Assembly: GCF_041956535.1 (NCBI RefSeq)
Contig: NW_027192203.1
Coordinates: forward strand, 310,001 to 374,000
DNA: 64,000 bases
Direction: 5' to 3'
Source: Calcarisporiella thermophila CBS 279.70
Lineage: Eukaryota; Fungi; Calcarisporiellomycota
Position numbers and translations under genes: made by a program. The notes beneath the pieces are model-generated. The model made no database searches, had not been told where the DNA came from, and was given only the letters and a program-made list of their open reading frames with translations. Of this stretch, positions 50,413-63,802 are shown piece after piece. How positions within the stretch are numbered: position 1 is the stretch's first letter; every line of letters starts with the position of its first letter.

Positions 50413-52292
50413 TCAAATAAAAGACCATATTTTGACCAATCCAATGTCAGAGGCACAATATTCGCCCTTCGTCCTCGCCTCATCCTGGCACCGTAGACGT
50501 GGCCGGGAGCCAACGCTGATGATCCTTGACTCATCAAACGCCACCCATTGTAGGCCCTTATGGAGTTTTGACCGGTGAACTATTTGCGACTGCTCAGCAG
50601 AGTGCTCCGTGGCCGTAGCCTCCTCATCACAAGGTAGGGGAAAATCTGTCAACGAAACGATGAAATTCCCTAGCTCTGCGCTATCCCCATTTTTGAGTTG
50701 TGACAACTCCCACACTTTTATGCTCCATTGATCCGCGCTTACTAGCCTGCACCCGTCGACCGACAGGCTCATTACACGGCTAGTATGACCATAGAGGGTT
50801 TGACTATGGTGCAGCTCTAGGGTGTTGTTGTCAGAGTGTACATGAAAAACTTGAATAGTGTTATCGATGTGGGCTGTGAAAATATAAGGTGACGAATGGG
50901 CTATACTGGTTATTGCAGCGAATGAAGGGATTCCTGAATCATTGTAAAGGCTGAAGGGGTGGGAGTCTATGCTGGAAATTGAAGTTGTATGTCGCGTCCA
51001 AAGTATCCGCTGCTCTGAGAAAAGAATTTCCTATATTTTCATACAAGATGGATGAATGAACATATGACAAATGAACACATCGCTTTATACTTACTTGATA
51101 CCCAAGAGTCCATCCACCATTCAAAATGGGAACGGAATAGCCGATCACTGTTTTCCATCTGCGGTCTCTCGACGCGCAGTCCAACTCATTCATGCAAACT
51201 AACGAGAGCTCCACAGGCTGCGAGAATATATAGCCTTTCAGTTGATGTAGTAGGACAGGTGCTGGGAATTTTCCATCATTCTCCCTCTCGTTCTCTTTGA
51301 TTAGATATATTGATAAAATGAAATCCAAAGTGCAGGTGATGAAAATGGAGCTGTTGAGGGCAACGGCAATGATAGGAGACGGCTCTAAACCGGTGGTTGT
51401 GCAGACAGGCTGCGTAAAAAGTTCCTTTACGTCCTCTCCCTCCATCTCCCATAGACTGAATCCTCCATTAGAAAACCCGGCCAGCACCCTCCACCCACTC
51501 TCTCTTTCCTCACTATCTAACCGCAAACAGGTAATAGACACGTCACTCCATAATTCTTTCTCGGCCATCAAGGCACTGCGTAATGATACAACATGTCGAT
51601 ACTCAAGCGAGTTCACCGCGCGCCATACCTCAATTACCGGAAGCTCTTGACGCATGTTCACAGCGGTTAAAATAATATCTTTTGTGAACTGTACAAGAGG
51701 ATTGGGCGTCAAAAGTGAAGCTTCTTCCTTTTTGCTGCGCACATCAAGAAGCGAAGCGGGATCGAGAGAGTTGACACGGTATTTTCCTTTGAACCAGTTA
51801 TGCGATATCTGAAACATTGATTTCCAGTCTTGCTGACCATAGTGCTTTCGAGCAACGGATTGCTTGACAATTTCGAGTCTTGAAACCATAGGAGACACTT
51901 GCTTTCCAAACCTTTTGTCCCCAAATGTCGGTTCCCGAGAGACTAGTGGCCATGGGCGCCGTGGTGGGGGGAAGCGGGACAAGAAAAGATTTTTCCACAA
52001 CTGTGCCAAAAAAGAAAAGGTTAATTTGAAAAATTATTAAGCGCGAGCTGAAAATTTCATGGCATACGTGAAGGTCATTAGCTAATCTATACCAATTAGT
52101 AGACACCCGCGAGCAGATGCTAAGATCATAGGCACCAAGGAAGTAAAAAATATGAAGTATAAGTTCGTCAGAGAGATATTTTGTAAAATCTATGGGCCGT
52201 TCATCCTTCAGAGATGGTGATTTTAGCCGTCGCTTCTGTGTTCGAGTATCTGTCTCTTTAATTATTAAAGCTCTTTTTGGCATTTTTGGCAT
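50413..52292 (-). CDS. F-box protein with degenerate WD40 repeats
   Basis: F-box FTKYLSDELILHIFYFLGAYDLSICSRVSTNWYRLAND|LWK; WKSMFQISHNWFKG; C-terminal LYGHTSRVMSLSVDGCRLVSAD..IKVWEL and FDESRIISV; 2 introns. Confidence 0.85.
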
Positions 52293-53348
52293 GGAGATTT
52301 AAGGAACTGAATAGTGATTAGTGAATGCAAAGATACTGGTTGAGGGATTGACTAGTGAATGTGACTGCAAATTTACGAGAGATAGTAAGGTACCGTTCAA
52401 TGGTCTATTATACATGGCAACATAAATGGTCTATATCCTAGTTAATCAAAAGAATAAACCAGTTTGCTTGATGGTAATGTAGAGAAAAATTCGAACACTT
52501 GGACTAACTCTCGGTCTAATAATAAGTTGTGGATTTTTTGGTCTTTTCGTTTTTTCTTTTTCCATGGCTCGTTTTCCAGTCATTATCGATTAAATTATTG
52601 GAGCCATTGCGTATAAACCCTCTGTAACTGTTTGCTTCGTCATTTAATAAATACCCACTCCCCAACAATAGGCGACAATTCAGAGCCACTGGATACCAAT
52701 TTTTGATTTGTTGTAGGCTTCAGATATTACACAATATTACTCTCGAAATACATAGATGCTTTTTTTAACGTTTATGTTTGAAACGACTCTCAATTACTTC
52801 CAACCTATTCCTAATCCCTATTCGACCTCCAATTATTTACCGCTTTTTGCCGTGTAATTCCAGCAAAAGGTTTTTGCACGATGCAAGCGGAGATAACCCC
52901 AAAAGACCTTCAAAGTTTCATATCAGCTTTTCTGAGGATTTTTCAGAGGAACCTTTCTTCAGTTGAGCCTCTATTCAACACGTATTCATATCTCAACCAC
53001 ATTCAATATTCAATCGAATCCACCGTGTCTACCCAGCCGGTTTTTCATCTCCCTTTCTTATTTGCCTTTGGCTTGTTTATCCATTTTTTTTCTCTGTGGA
53101 TGTTTGATAATGAAAACCTCAGCACAATGTGAAATCTCTCAAAATTATATATGAGTGGCAGAAAGTACCCTGTGGTGGAACTTGACTATGTACCGCGTGA
53201 CTAATTGAAATCTCTAATAAACCCCACAAAGAGAAAATTTCCTCTTTTTTTTCTCTTCTTCTTATTCTCTTATAATTTCTTTCCCCTCTATAAGTCCTAT
53301 ACTTGCTTATTCTGAGTTTCAACACGCCGAACTAAGAAATACCGAGTC

Positions 53349-53956
53349 ATGGCTAAAGACAAAGTCACCAAGAAGTCGACAAGTGGTATGTACACTATAC
53401 ACCTCCCACCATTAGGCCCCCATTATGATTAATTAATTACAAAATTACCATCATTTTTCTGATTTTTTTCTTTCGTTTCTTTCCCAAAGGAGGGCCCAAA
53501 AAACTTACTCCCTACAACAAGTTTATGAAGGTTGGTATGTGACGTGCTTTTCATAACGTCACATAAAGAGCTCTTTTTAGTAGTCCCGCTCGAATTCTGC
53601 TAATGGAACATTGCTAACCAATTAACAATGATCAATTCATATTTACAGGAAGAGCTCGCGAAAATAAAAAAGGACAAGCCCGACCTTAACCACAAGGTAA
53701 TGTTGAGCACCCATTGCAAATGCAAAGATTATGCAATGGCTCACTTCTTTACAGACTAAATTCTCTCTCCCAACGTCTCATGCTCACAGTTTCTCTTCTA
53801 CATTACAGGAAGCTTTTAAAATGGCCGCGAGCGTAAGTTTTCATATAAGCTGTACTCTTCTTTGTGGGCCTCACTCCTAATTACCTTCTTGCTTTCATAC
53901 AGCGCTGGAAAGATAGCCCCGAAAACCCAAAGAAGGGCCAAACGAAATCAAAGTAA
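53349..53956 (+). CDS. 67-aa YABBY/HMG-box-like basic DNA-binding microprotein (5 micro-exons; missing from the ORF track)
   Basis: MAKDKVTKKSTS|GGPKKLTPYNKFMK|EELAKIKKDKPDLNHK|EAFKMAAS|RWKDSPENPKKGQTKSK*; all four introns are GT-AG and phase-compatible. Confidence 0.88.
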
Positions 53957-55233
53957 ACTAGGAGCCCATGCTCTCTACCAGTGTTTAATCATATCTTTTT
54001 CGGCTTCAGCAGTTTTTTTTTATTTTTTGTAATCCCTCATTTCCCCTCTGTATTTCTTTATTCCTCTTTTAGCGTGTCTTTGATGGGTTTTAAGAGTTTT
54101 TGTCATATACAGGCATATTTTTATTAGCTAGCATGTGTTTTATTTTTTTTGTTTGTCTCAAGCTGAAGCATCTGTGCTTAATGAAAAATAATGATATCTC
54201 TATTCTTTCGCGTTTAGCTTTAAGAGTTTAACGAGTTCTCAATGCGTGAGCTTCTCACCAATATATTGCGGTGCCAAAAATACTGGTGCCAAACTCGGGC
54301 AAAAATAATAGACTTGTCCCTCTTTTATATTCACTTTAATTTTCTAAGCTGGCGACTGGAGCTCGCCCGTGGGATTATATGCGCATTTTATCGAGAAGCC
54401 ACATGGTTTGACTCCAGTAAAATAGCAGTATATACTAATAGTCCATGGCTTTTTCTTTCCCTTAACATTGATTATACTTGCAGCATAGAGCAGAAGGCGA
54501 GAAGCTCTTTACATCTCTTAACAATGCAAAGGGATGTTTTATACCAAGCTCTCCTGGCCAATAGTCATAGATCGCATCTTACAGCAGCTGGCTGCTTCAT
54601 AGGAATTCACTCTGTGAAGAGTGCATAGTGCATATAAAGTGGATGGCTTTACAGCATACAACCGCCATTGCATATATGCATAGATTTCTAAAGTATATAT
54701 ATCTGAGTAAATTTGCGAGAAATAAAATTCTTGTGCGGCAGTAGTTTGCATAGGCAGTTACAGAACGAATATGTTGACTGGGGTTAGCATGCATACACTG
54801 TTTAATAGTGGCCTAATCCCGAAAAAAGCTGTGTGTTTTGCACGGCAGTCAAGGACTCGCTGTATCTAAGAATAGAGATAATACGAAGTGTTATATATTA
54901 TGAAAAGTTTTGAATTACGTGATTAAAATGCTCTTTTGACTCTACACAACCTCAGAAATATTACTACGCTAGCATTATTATAATGAAGATAGGTTACTGA
55001 GTACTAGATATAGCTGGTAGAGACAGTATAGGATCGAAGTTACTCCACTCGTATAGTCATCTTGTTCTGGTACTCTAAATCTAATATTGCATATACTCTA
55101 GTTGGCTTCATAGTGTAGTGGAATATGTATTTGACTCGGGATAGAAATGGGGAATAAAAATGTGACTTGTTCCATGACTGTGTAAAATAACCATGTTCTG
55201 TCGAATTTATTGTCGCACCTCAACTTTGGCAGG

Positions 55234-56598
55234 ATGCCTCTCTCTAGAGTGTTTGCACCTGAAAACCGTGAGATTCTTCTTGCTGGATGTTTCGTCGGCT
55301 CACTTATAACAGCTGGAGTGACTTCCATTCTTCTTTTGTCAACTCGCAAGGAACGAATTGGTAATGACAGTGATATTATTCCTCGATCGAAGAGCCGAAC
55401 AGAAATTGTGGATGGGGTCGCTGGCTTGATCGGCAATACGCCTATTTTTCGGATCAAAAGCTTATCCGAAGCGACAGGGTGCGAAATTCTGGCAAAAGCT
55501 GAGGTTTGTCTTCAAAAGTCCGGGGAGGGGCAAAATTTCCAATTAACCCATCCCATTAACTTAGTTCCTCAATCCAGGAGGTAGCCCGAAGGATCGTGTA
55601 GCACTCAATATCATCGAGCAGGCTGAAATAGCAGGACTCTTACATCCCAATTCTGGCAGCACGGTCTTTGAGGGTACTGTTGGAAGCACCGGAATCTCTC
55701 TTGCCATGATTGCTCGAGCTAAGGGCTATCGCGCCTGGATATGCATGCCTGATGATCAGGCTAAGGAGAAATATGAGCTCCTTGAGAAACTGGGGGCGAC
55801 CGTCGAAAAAGTCAGACCCGTTAGCATCGTGGACCCAAATCAGTTTGTGAATTTAGCGCGAAGGAGAGCCGACGAATTTGGCAAAGGAGAAGGCATGGGT
55901 GAGGGCTTCTTTGCGAACCAATTCGAAACGGTAGCGAATTTTGAAGCCCATTACAAGACCACTGGACCAGAGATTTTACGACAGACCGACGGCAACATCG
56001 ATGCAGTCGTTTTGGGAGCAGGTATGTTCTCCTTGATCTTTCTGTAGGCGCCAATTAATTACTAAAAACTCGACGATTGCATCATAATCCAGGGACAGGG
56101 GGAACGCTCGCCGGCATCACCCGCTACCTTAAGCCTCGTATTCCCAACCTCAAAGTGTTCCTCGCGGATCCACCGGGGTCAGGTCTCTATAATCGCGTCA
56201 AACACAACGTGATGTATTCTCCGATGGAGGCAGAAGGCAAACGGCGTCGCCACCAGGTAGACACAGTGGTGGAGGGCATAGGGATCAATCGCATCACGCA
56301 AAACATCCGGCTTATTGAGGGATGGGTGGACGATGCGGTGCGTGTTACCGATCGAGAGGCAGTGTTGATGTCCCGCTATCTGGTGGAGAAGGATGGAATC
56401 TTTGTCGGCAGCTCCAGCGCCGTGAATTGTGTGGGAGCGGTGAAGGTGGCCCGAATGCTGGGCCCTGGCCACCGAATTGTAACCGTGTTGTGCGATTCCG
56501 GACAACGTCACCTGACGAAGTTTTGGAACGACAAGTATATCGAAGAGGCCGGGATCGATACATCAGTAGAGGGGGAGGGTTTGGATTTTGTACTATAG
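55234..56598 (+). CDS. Cysteine synthase-like PLP enzyme with an N-terminal membrane anchor (cysteine synthase 2 / MCY1-type)
   Basis: LIGNTP, AKAE|FLNPGGSPKDRVAL (PLP Lys), EGTVGSTGISLA, GA|GTGGT, QVDTVVEGIGINR, GIFVGSSSAVN, LCDSGQRHL; hydrophobic N-terminal segment. Confidence 0.92.
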
Positions 56599-56767
56599 GA
56601 TATCCGAATTAAAAGACATGCTGGAGCGAGGGGGACGGCATTTTGCATACCGGCATTTTTTTTATTGTCAATAAAATGGATTATTTATTTATCATTTGTT
56701 TTTTTTTGCATAAGAAACACACAAGCACTGGTGCGTGCCCCACCCACTCATTATCTGCAGTCGTGAA

Positions 56768-59700
56768 TTATAGGGAGAAGCCTAGAACGTCCGTTTGTGC
56801 AAGCTGGAGAAGAACGGGATCATCGAAGTCTAAACAAGAGGCTAAAGTTAGAGTGGATTCAAAGATGCCTTTGGGAAACAGAGCCACTTACATTTATTAA
56901 TGCTAATGTCTTCGCTCAGTCCCTTTCTCAACCGGGTCTTGACCATGAACTCTCTTGCCAGATGCTGTACCGGGCTTGGTTCAAGTGGCCGTAGCATGAT
57001 GCTCTTATCGAGAGGATCGCCGGGGACTACTTGCCAGTGGTCAAATATTTGTTGTGCGAATGCTTGCCCCTGCGTATGTGTCCGAAGGTCAGTCTCGAAC
57101 CCACAAGAGTCCACCACAGGAATCAACGCCTCGACGGTATACAGTGGTGACCCTGCCTTTGGGTAGTCTTTTGTGACATGCCCACGGCGGCGCGCGAGAA
57201 CGGTGTACACAGCGGAAACACAATCAGCCGGTGCCTGGACCTCGACGAAATAGACGGGCTCCATGAGACGAGGAGTGGCCATCAAGAAAGAAGAATAGCA
57301 CACCCGTCTTGCAGTAGGAATGATCTGGCCACCTCCGCGGAATATTGGCTCGGGGGCAAGGACGGCGTCGAGGATTTTGATTTTGGTGCCCCGAATGGGC
57401 TCGTCGCATAATGGGCCTTCTCGCATGGCCCATTGAAAACCTTGCCGGACCGAATCTTTCACGGAGTAAAGCAGGGTCTTGTCAACCTCGGAGGGGAGTG
57501 TATCGTCAATCAATACGTTTGGCCCATTGTCGTCTGGACCAAACGCCCAGATGTTGCGCGATGCCAGCACGTCCCACTGGTACTTCTCCTCGAAGAACTT
57601 TCCAAGTTGTTTCTTGGGCAAGTGAATGTTCACACGATTTTCTTCGATATCCTCAGCAATGCCTTTCTCTAGAGGCTCAGCGATCATCGTCAGCTTGTTC
57701 CTGGCAAAAAATTGAAGCGTTAGCGGCGTGGGTCATTTTTTGTTAGAATGAACAACTATATACTTTTTGTTTGGCGTCTCTGCGTAGCACTTCAGAGCCG
57801 ATGTTTCCATCACGGTCTCGCAGAATCTTACCACGGGGTCGGCAACCTTCAGCTCAATTTCTGCATAGAGCCGGCGCAGATCATGCAACACGCAATCCAA
57901 GTACAATTCGCCAGGGGCAAAAATGACATGCTCTCCGCTCTCCTCCACCTTTGTCACCACGATCAGATAGCTCTTATTGATCCGACGCATTCCGTCCAGC
58001 ATTTTGGGCAGGTCAGTTGGGTTGACGGGCTCGACAGCCACCTTCATAACGGGCTGCGTTGTAAAACGCAGCGGTCGGAAAATATGGACATCCTCCTCCC
58101 ACCTCCGGGGAACGATGGTGGCCGTTTTTACAATTGAGGTGTCGACCCCGCCCAGCAATACCCAATTGCCCGCGGGGATAGAGTCCATCTCGATGCGATA
58201 CCGTGTTTCATGCACCCACACATGCGCAACTTCTTTTTCTGCCATGTCTTCTTCGTCATCTGTAGAGTAGCTCTCTCCTAGCACACGCACTGTCTGCCCA
58301 CGGTGCACTGTTCCACTAAGAATGCGTCCGAATGCATCAAATCCGCTTGCATCATTCTTATTATAAAGTTTGGTGATATGGATCACGAGGGGACCCTCGG
58401 GATCGCATTCACGCATCGAGGAGGCGAGAGCAGTGTCCATTGGGCCAGTGTATGTGTGCTCAATCTAAAAGAAGAACTCCGGAGTCAATTCCTGTAGCAT
58501 CCAAGGGCCCAGATAACCATTGACTGACCTTGTTGACTGCGTTCTCAATCGGGGATGGGACGTGCTCAACTATCATGTCTGTGAACCCTGACGGCCGTCC
58601 AAAGAATTGATCTAGCACTAGTTTGAGAAGCGGCTTGACATCTAAAGAATAGTACGAGGGTTTAAGGGTAATGCCAAGGGTTGCAAGTGTTTGCTTTAGG
58701 TCAGCTTCATTCTCGCCAAGAACCTAATAATAAGAGTCGCGACTCCGCATTAGAGAGCTATACAGAGTGATCTGCTCAAAATCAAAATCAAACCTGGCTA
58801 TAGATTTTATACAATGGCTCTAAAATAAAATGAACAAAAGTCCTCTTGTCATCGGTGGAGCTAGAGGGTCTACGGCGGAATGTTCTCTTGTCTGCGTCAA
58901 AGTAGATATCGCCCCAGAGCCGCTTAGCAAACTCATCGGCACTAACGCTTGCTGAGAAAACGAAAATAATAGGCGTGAGAAGGGTTAGACCGAGAAGACG
59001 CACCGTGAATTAGAAGGACTCACGATAAGCATCGGCATAGATCTTAGCAAACGATTTCAGAGTGAAACACCAGCCGGCATAGGCAGATGCGAAACACACA
59101 TTGCCCCTTTCCGGCGACAGCCGGATTCCTTCACCCCCAGGGCAATCCCTTGAAGGATATTGGAGAATGAGCTATTATTCTCAAAGATAGAATAAAGATG
59201 CAATCTAACCTGATGATACTATTAATCTCCTCGATTGTGTGCTTTAACTTGAAGTACGCGTCAACCGGTGGCAACTTTAGTTCCAGTATCAGTCGATCCA
59301 CCTTGTTCACCACAAGACATAGCGCAAGCTTTTCCTGAATGGCATGGCGAATCATAGCTTTTGTGTTGGCCATGACCTATTATAGCTTAAGTGTAAATTG
59401 GGCTTGCCAGGGATTGTTGAATTGATATACATACCCCTTCCACAGCATCGACTACTATCACTGCTCCATCCGAAAGTCGCAGAGCAGCCGTAGCCTCATC
59501 CGAAAAATTGACGTGGCCTTATACGAGTTAGTTTTATCATTCAGTTAAGAGTACATTCGATCCATGGAAAGAAAATGTGGCTCATACCAGGAGCGTCCAG
59601 CACGTTCACCACATAAGATTTTTCGGTTGTGCTCTGTAAAACCAAGGTCATCGGTGCACATTTGACGCTAACCCCGCGGTCACGCTCGAGGGTGTGGGTG

Positions 59701-60376
59701 TCCGTATACCGCTCAGGTTTCTCGGGGTTCCAGACAAAGTCCTGGTGCGTGTCTGCCACCAGCATATCCATTATTGAAGTTTTACCATGGTGAAGATGCC
59801 CGATAAGTGAAACGTTGCGAATAAGTTCGGGATAGTTCATGAGATCTCGTAGAAACCTTTGTAGAAAAGCAGTGTCAGAACATTATGTGGAACCCAATCC
59901 CCCCTTGAAAAAATGGCCACGTACTCTTTCTTGTATACTGTCGGTGGGAGATCCTTTTCAAATATTTGGATTTTCTTGGTTTTGATCGGCTTTACAATTG
60001 GTTCTGTAAGGGGTTGGGTATCCTCTTCCTGTACTAGCGTTTCTACTTCGGGACCATAGACCTCTTCAGCTGTTGGGTAGTACTTCTTGTCCTCATGGAG
60101 TACGATCTGATTTCCAGCAGAGTCTAGCCGGGGCAAAATAAAAGTAAGAAATTCGTGTAAGAGATTACCCGGACTGGGGTGCTGGATGTTTAGGAATCAT
60201 TACCATCGATCTCCATTAGATCCATGCCACCAGATCCTTCCCCCTCCTCCTCCTCCCCCCCCCCCTATTTGACGCGAAGGCTCTTCGCGTATTTGGATCT
60301 CTTCTTCTTCCTCATCAGACTCGGGCAGCTCGGGCCCGATGTAGTTTCCAAACTCATCGTATAGATCCTGATCCAT
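56768..60376 (-). CDS. SNU114: U5 snRNP 116-kDa GTPase (EFTUD2); apparent +1 frame break in the exon-1 G11 run
   Basis: [17 protein letters not shown]; [18 protein letters not shown]; GHLHHGKT; [16 protein letters not shown]; [11 protein letters not shown]; [12 protein letters not shown]; [15 protein letters not shown]; [11 protein letters not shown]. Confidence 0.95.
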
Positions 60377-60581
60377 ATTTATTGAAGGGAAAGAGCACGA
60401 TCTAGCGGGTCGTCACTCGAGGGAACGTTATTGAAATCAATTGAAATGAAAAACAGTCCAAGCCACTCAGATACGTCAACAAATATTCTAGTCTTCGATA
60501 CCCCCCTGTTGATGGTATTAATATATTTTCACTGCTCTTTCGGTACATTCATTACTTGTTTCTTTGTATAAATTTATAACG

Positions 60582-62090
60582 ATGATTAGGAATATTGTTC
60601 GCGTATCTCGACCTCTGGTCGCCAAGAACGTGGTAAGTCGATGCTCCTATCTCGTGGGGGAAACCCGTGCCTCTTGTGGATTGGAGGATGTTATTATTTG
60701 GTTTACGTGAAATGAGCTTCGAAGTAGCTTATTTTGATCTCTATTTTTTCTTTGGCTACTTTATTACCCTATGGATTGCATCTCTTCATACTGACCTTTT
60801 ACTTTGGGTAGATGCGCTCTAATGTTGGCGCCATTGGTCTTGCTGTAAGACATTTCGCATCTGCAAAAGCGTGTAAGCGATTTTTCGAATCTCCTAGAAT
60901 GAGTATTTGTCATCGAGATCTGACACGATGGTTTTTCACCCCACTTAGCCACATCGGAAGTGTCATCCATTCTCGAGGATCGCATTCTCGGCTCTGCCTC
61001 CGATGCCAATATCCAAGAAACTGGACGTGTGTTGACCATTGGTGACGGTATTGCGCGTGTCTATGGTTTGAAAAACTGCCAGGCCGAGGAGATGGTTGAA
61101 TTCTCGAGCGGTCTTAAGGTAGCCGCCACACCCATTGACACCTTTCTGCTCTGTAGCGTGTTCATTTGTGTGTGTATATATTTAGGGCATGGCGCTGAAC
61201 TTGGAGCCTGACAACGTCGGTATTGTCGTGTTCGGTAACGATCGTCTCATCAAGGAGGGTGATACTGTTAAGCGTACCGGTGCCATCGTGGATGTGCCTG
61301 TTGGTGAGGGCCTCCTTGGACGCGTTGTCGATGCCCTTGGCAACCCCATTGACGGCAAGGGCCCCATCAAGGCTACTGAGCGCCGACGTGTTCAGGTTAA
61401 GGCCCCCGGTATCTTGCCGCGGCGCTCTGTGCACGAGCCTATGCAGACGGGTTTGAAGTCGATTGACTCCATGGTCCCCATTGGGCGTGGTCAGCGTGAG
61501 CTGATTATTGGTGATCGTCAGACCGGAAAGACTGCGGTCGCCCTCGACACCATCCTTAACCAGCGCCGCTGGAACGATGGAAACGACGAGACTAAGAAGC
61601 TGTACTGTGTGTACGTTGCCGTCGGTCAGAAGCGCTCCACTGTAGCCCAGCTGGTGAACACGCTGGAGTCCAATGGTAGGGGCATTGCTCGCTGCTCGGG
61701 GCCATCGTTCCCCGAACCTATACTAATGCGTTGTTGTTTGGTTGGTCTTTCCCAGATGCCCTGAAGTATTCCGTCATTGTCGCGGCCACTGCCTCCGAGG
61801 CCGCCCCTCTTCAATACCTCGCGCCCTTCTCCGGCTGCGCCATGGGCGAGTGGTTCCGGGACAACAGCAAACACGCGTTGATTGTGTACGACGATTTGTC
61901 GAAGCAGGCCGTTGCCTACCGTCAGATGTCCCTACTTCTCCGTCGCCCTCCTGGTCGTGAGGCCTACCCCGGCGACGTCTTCTACCTCCACTCCCGCCTC
62001 TTGGAGCGTGCCGCCAAGATGAACAAGGACCACGGGGCCGGCTCGCTCACCGCCCTCCCGATCATCGAGACCCAGGGTGGCGATGTGTCA

Positions 62091-62128
<38 letters not shown>

Positions 62129-62692
62129 ACAGATTTTCCTGGAGGCTGAGCTGTTCTTCCGAGGTATCCGTCCGGCCATCAACGTCGGGTAAACTCAACT
62201 CACCACGATTTGATTTGGTGGAGCGGCGGGGCGGCTAACTCCATGTCTCCCTTTCCTTCTAGGCTCTCGGTGTCTCGCGTCGGGTCTGCCGCCCAGAACC
62301 GCAGCATGAAACAGGTTGCCGGCTCCCTCAAGCTCTTCCTTGCGCAGTACCGTGAGGTCGCTGCCTTCGCCCAATTTGGCTCCGATCTGGATGCGTCGAC
62401 CCGCTTCCTCCTCAACCGTGGCGCCCGCCTGACCGAGCTGCTGAAGCAGCCGCAGTACAAGCCCATGCCGGTGGAGCAGCAGGTGGCCATCATTTTCGCC
62501 GGTGTCAACGGGTACTTGGACCGCATTCCTGTCAACAAAGTTACCGAGTTCGAGGGCGCCTTCCTCCCCTACATGACCTCGAACCACGCCGACCTGCTGG
62601 ACACGATCCGCACCGAGGGCAAGCTCTCGGAGGCGACCGAGGCCAAGCTGAAGAAGATCACGGGCGATTTCGTCACCAGCTTCAACTCCTAA
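60582..62692 (+). CDS. ATP1: Mitochondrial F1-ATP synthase alpha subunit (nuclear-encoded)
   Basis: Presequence [17 protein letters not shown]|MRS..; [10 protein letters not shown]; GDRQTGKT; [23 protein letters not shown]; [14 protein letters not shown]; [18 protein letters not shown]; 5 introns. Confidence 0.98.
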
Positions 62693-63802
62693 ACCCTGTT
62701 TAGGCTTTTCTCTCGTGTCTTTGGGCGAGAGGGGAGGGCCGGCGCCTGATTGCACGAGAGAAGAAGGCTACGAAAAAAAAAAAAAGATTCAATAGATTGT
62801 TCTGTTTTTCTGTTACCTTATCAATGACATTCGCGTTTTTTGTGTACCGCTGTTTGTGTTGTATTTGACGGGGAGGGTTATTAAATTAAAAACATCTCGT
62901 TTTTCTGGAAGACTTTTAGGTTTCTCCTCATCGGCACGATGGGGCCCCAAACGAGACCGCCGGCCATGCTTGATTAGTCAGTTCGTTGGAGAGCTGCAGC
63001 CGGGCGTGGGTGGGGAAGTTTCTTTTGCCCCAAACTCAGAGAATTTAATAAACGATCGGGCCAGATCTGCCCTTCTCGGAGCCTGAATTTTAGGCTCGCC
63101 ACAGGAAGGCCAGAAACCGCGGCAATGGCAGGCGGGGATGGCTCAGGGGGCGAGAAACGGGTGGGAAAACCGGCACAGAATAAGGCAAGCATGGCTCGGG
63201 CAGCGCGGCAGCCAGCGCATGGCACGGGCAGCGCGCGAGACCCGACGAGCGGGCGCGAGACTGGGTCTGAGCTCGCACGCGCATGTGTCAGACTGGGGTT
63301 GGGGGAAAGGTTGGAGCGCACGCGGCTCTGCAATGCGAGACGTCGAGAATCGGGCCTCAGCGCGCGAGCCCCAATGCCCTCGGCTGGCAGCTGAGTCCCA
63401 CGTCCCATTGTTGCGATTCTACAATGCAGCGCGGTTTAGCCTGTTTCCCAGCGCTCAGCTGCAACCGGCCCATTTGTAATTAACTCTCCGGCAAGCTCTT
63501 GTGCTGCGCGGATAAACTCCGGTAAAAGAGTTGAGCCGACCGCGCGTTTGACCTAACACTAGCAGGCTCTGGTGAGTGGTCGGCCCGGGCTGCTTTAATA
63601 GAACGCAAACCTTGTTTTATTTGTTTTGCTGATCCTCTGCGAATCAGTCGGGTGAAAGCCGCTTGGACACCCCGCGAGACACTTTAGGGTTAGGCCTTAG
63701 TCCATGGTTGGGAGGGAGGCGCCGTCATATTTAAGCGTTTCTTCCCGCGTTCGCCTGGCCGCCGCTTTCCATCGCGATCGGCCTCATCCGCACCCATTAC
63801 CC

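Noticed and set aside
54242-54794. Several 65-128 aa ORFs and short palindromes (e.g. TGCATATATGCA)
   Set aside because: No recognisable protein features; short AT-rich palindromes are expected by chance.
62856-63700. GC-rich short ORFs on both strands after ATP1
   Set aside because: Arg/Ala/Gly-rich translations typical of GC-rich non-coding DNA; more likely the promoter region of the gene starting near 63803.
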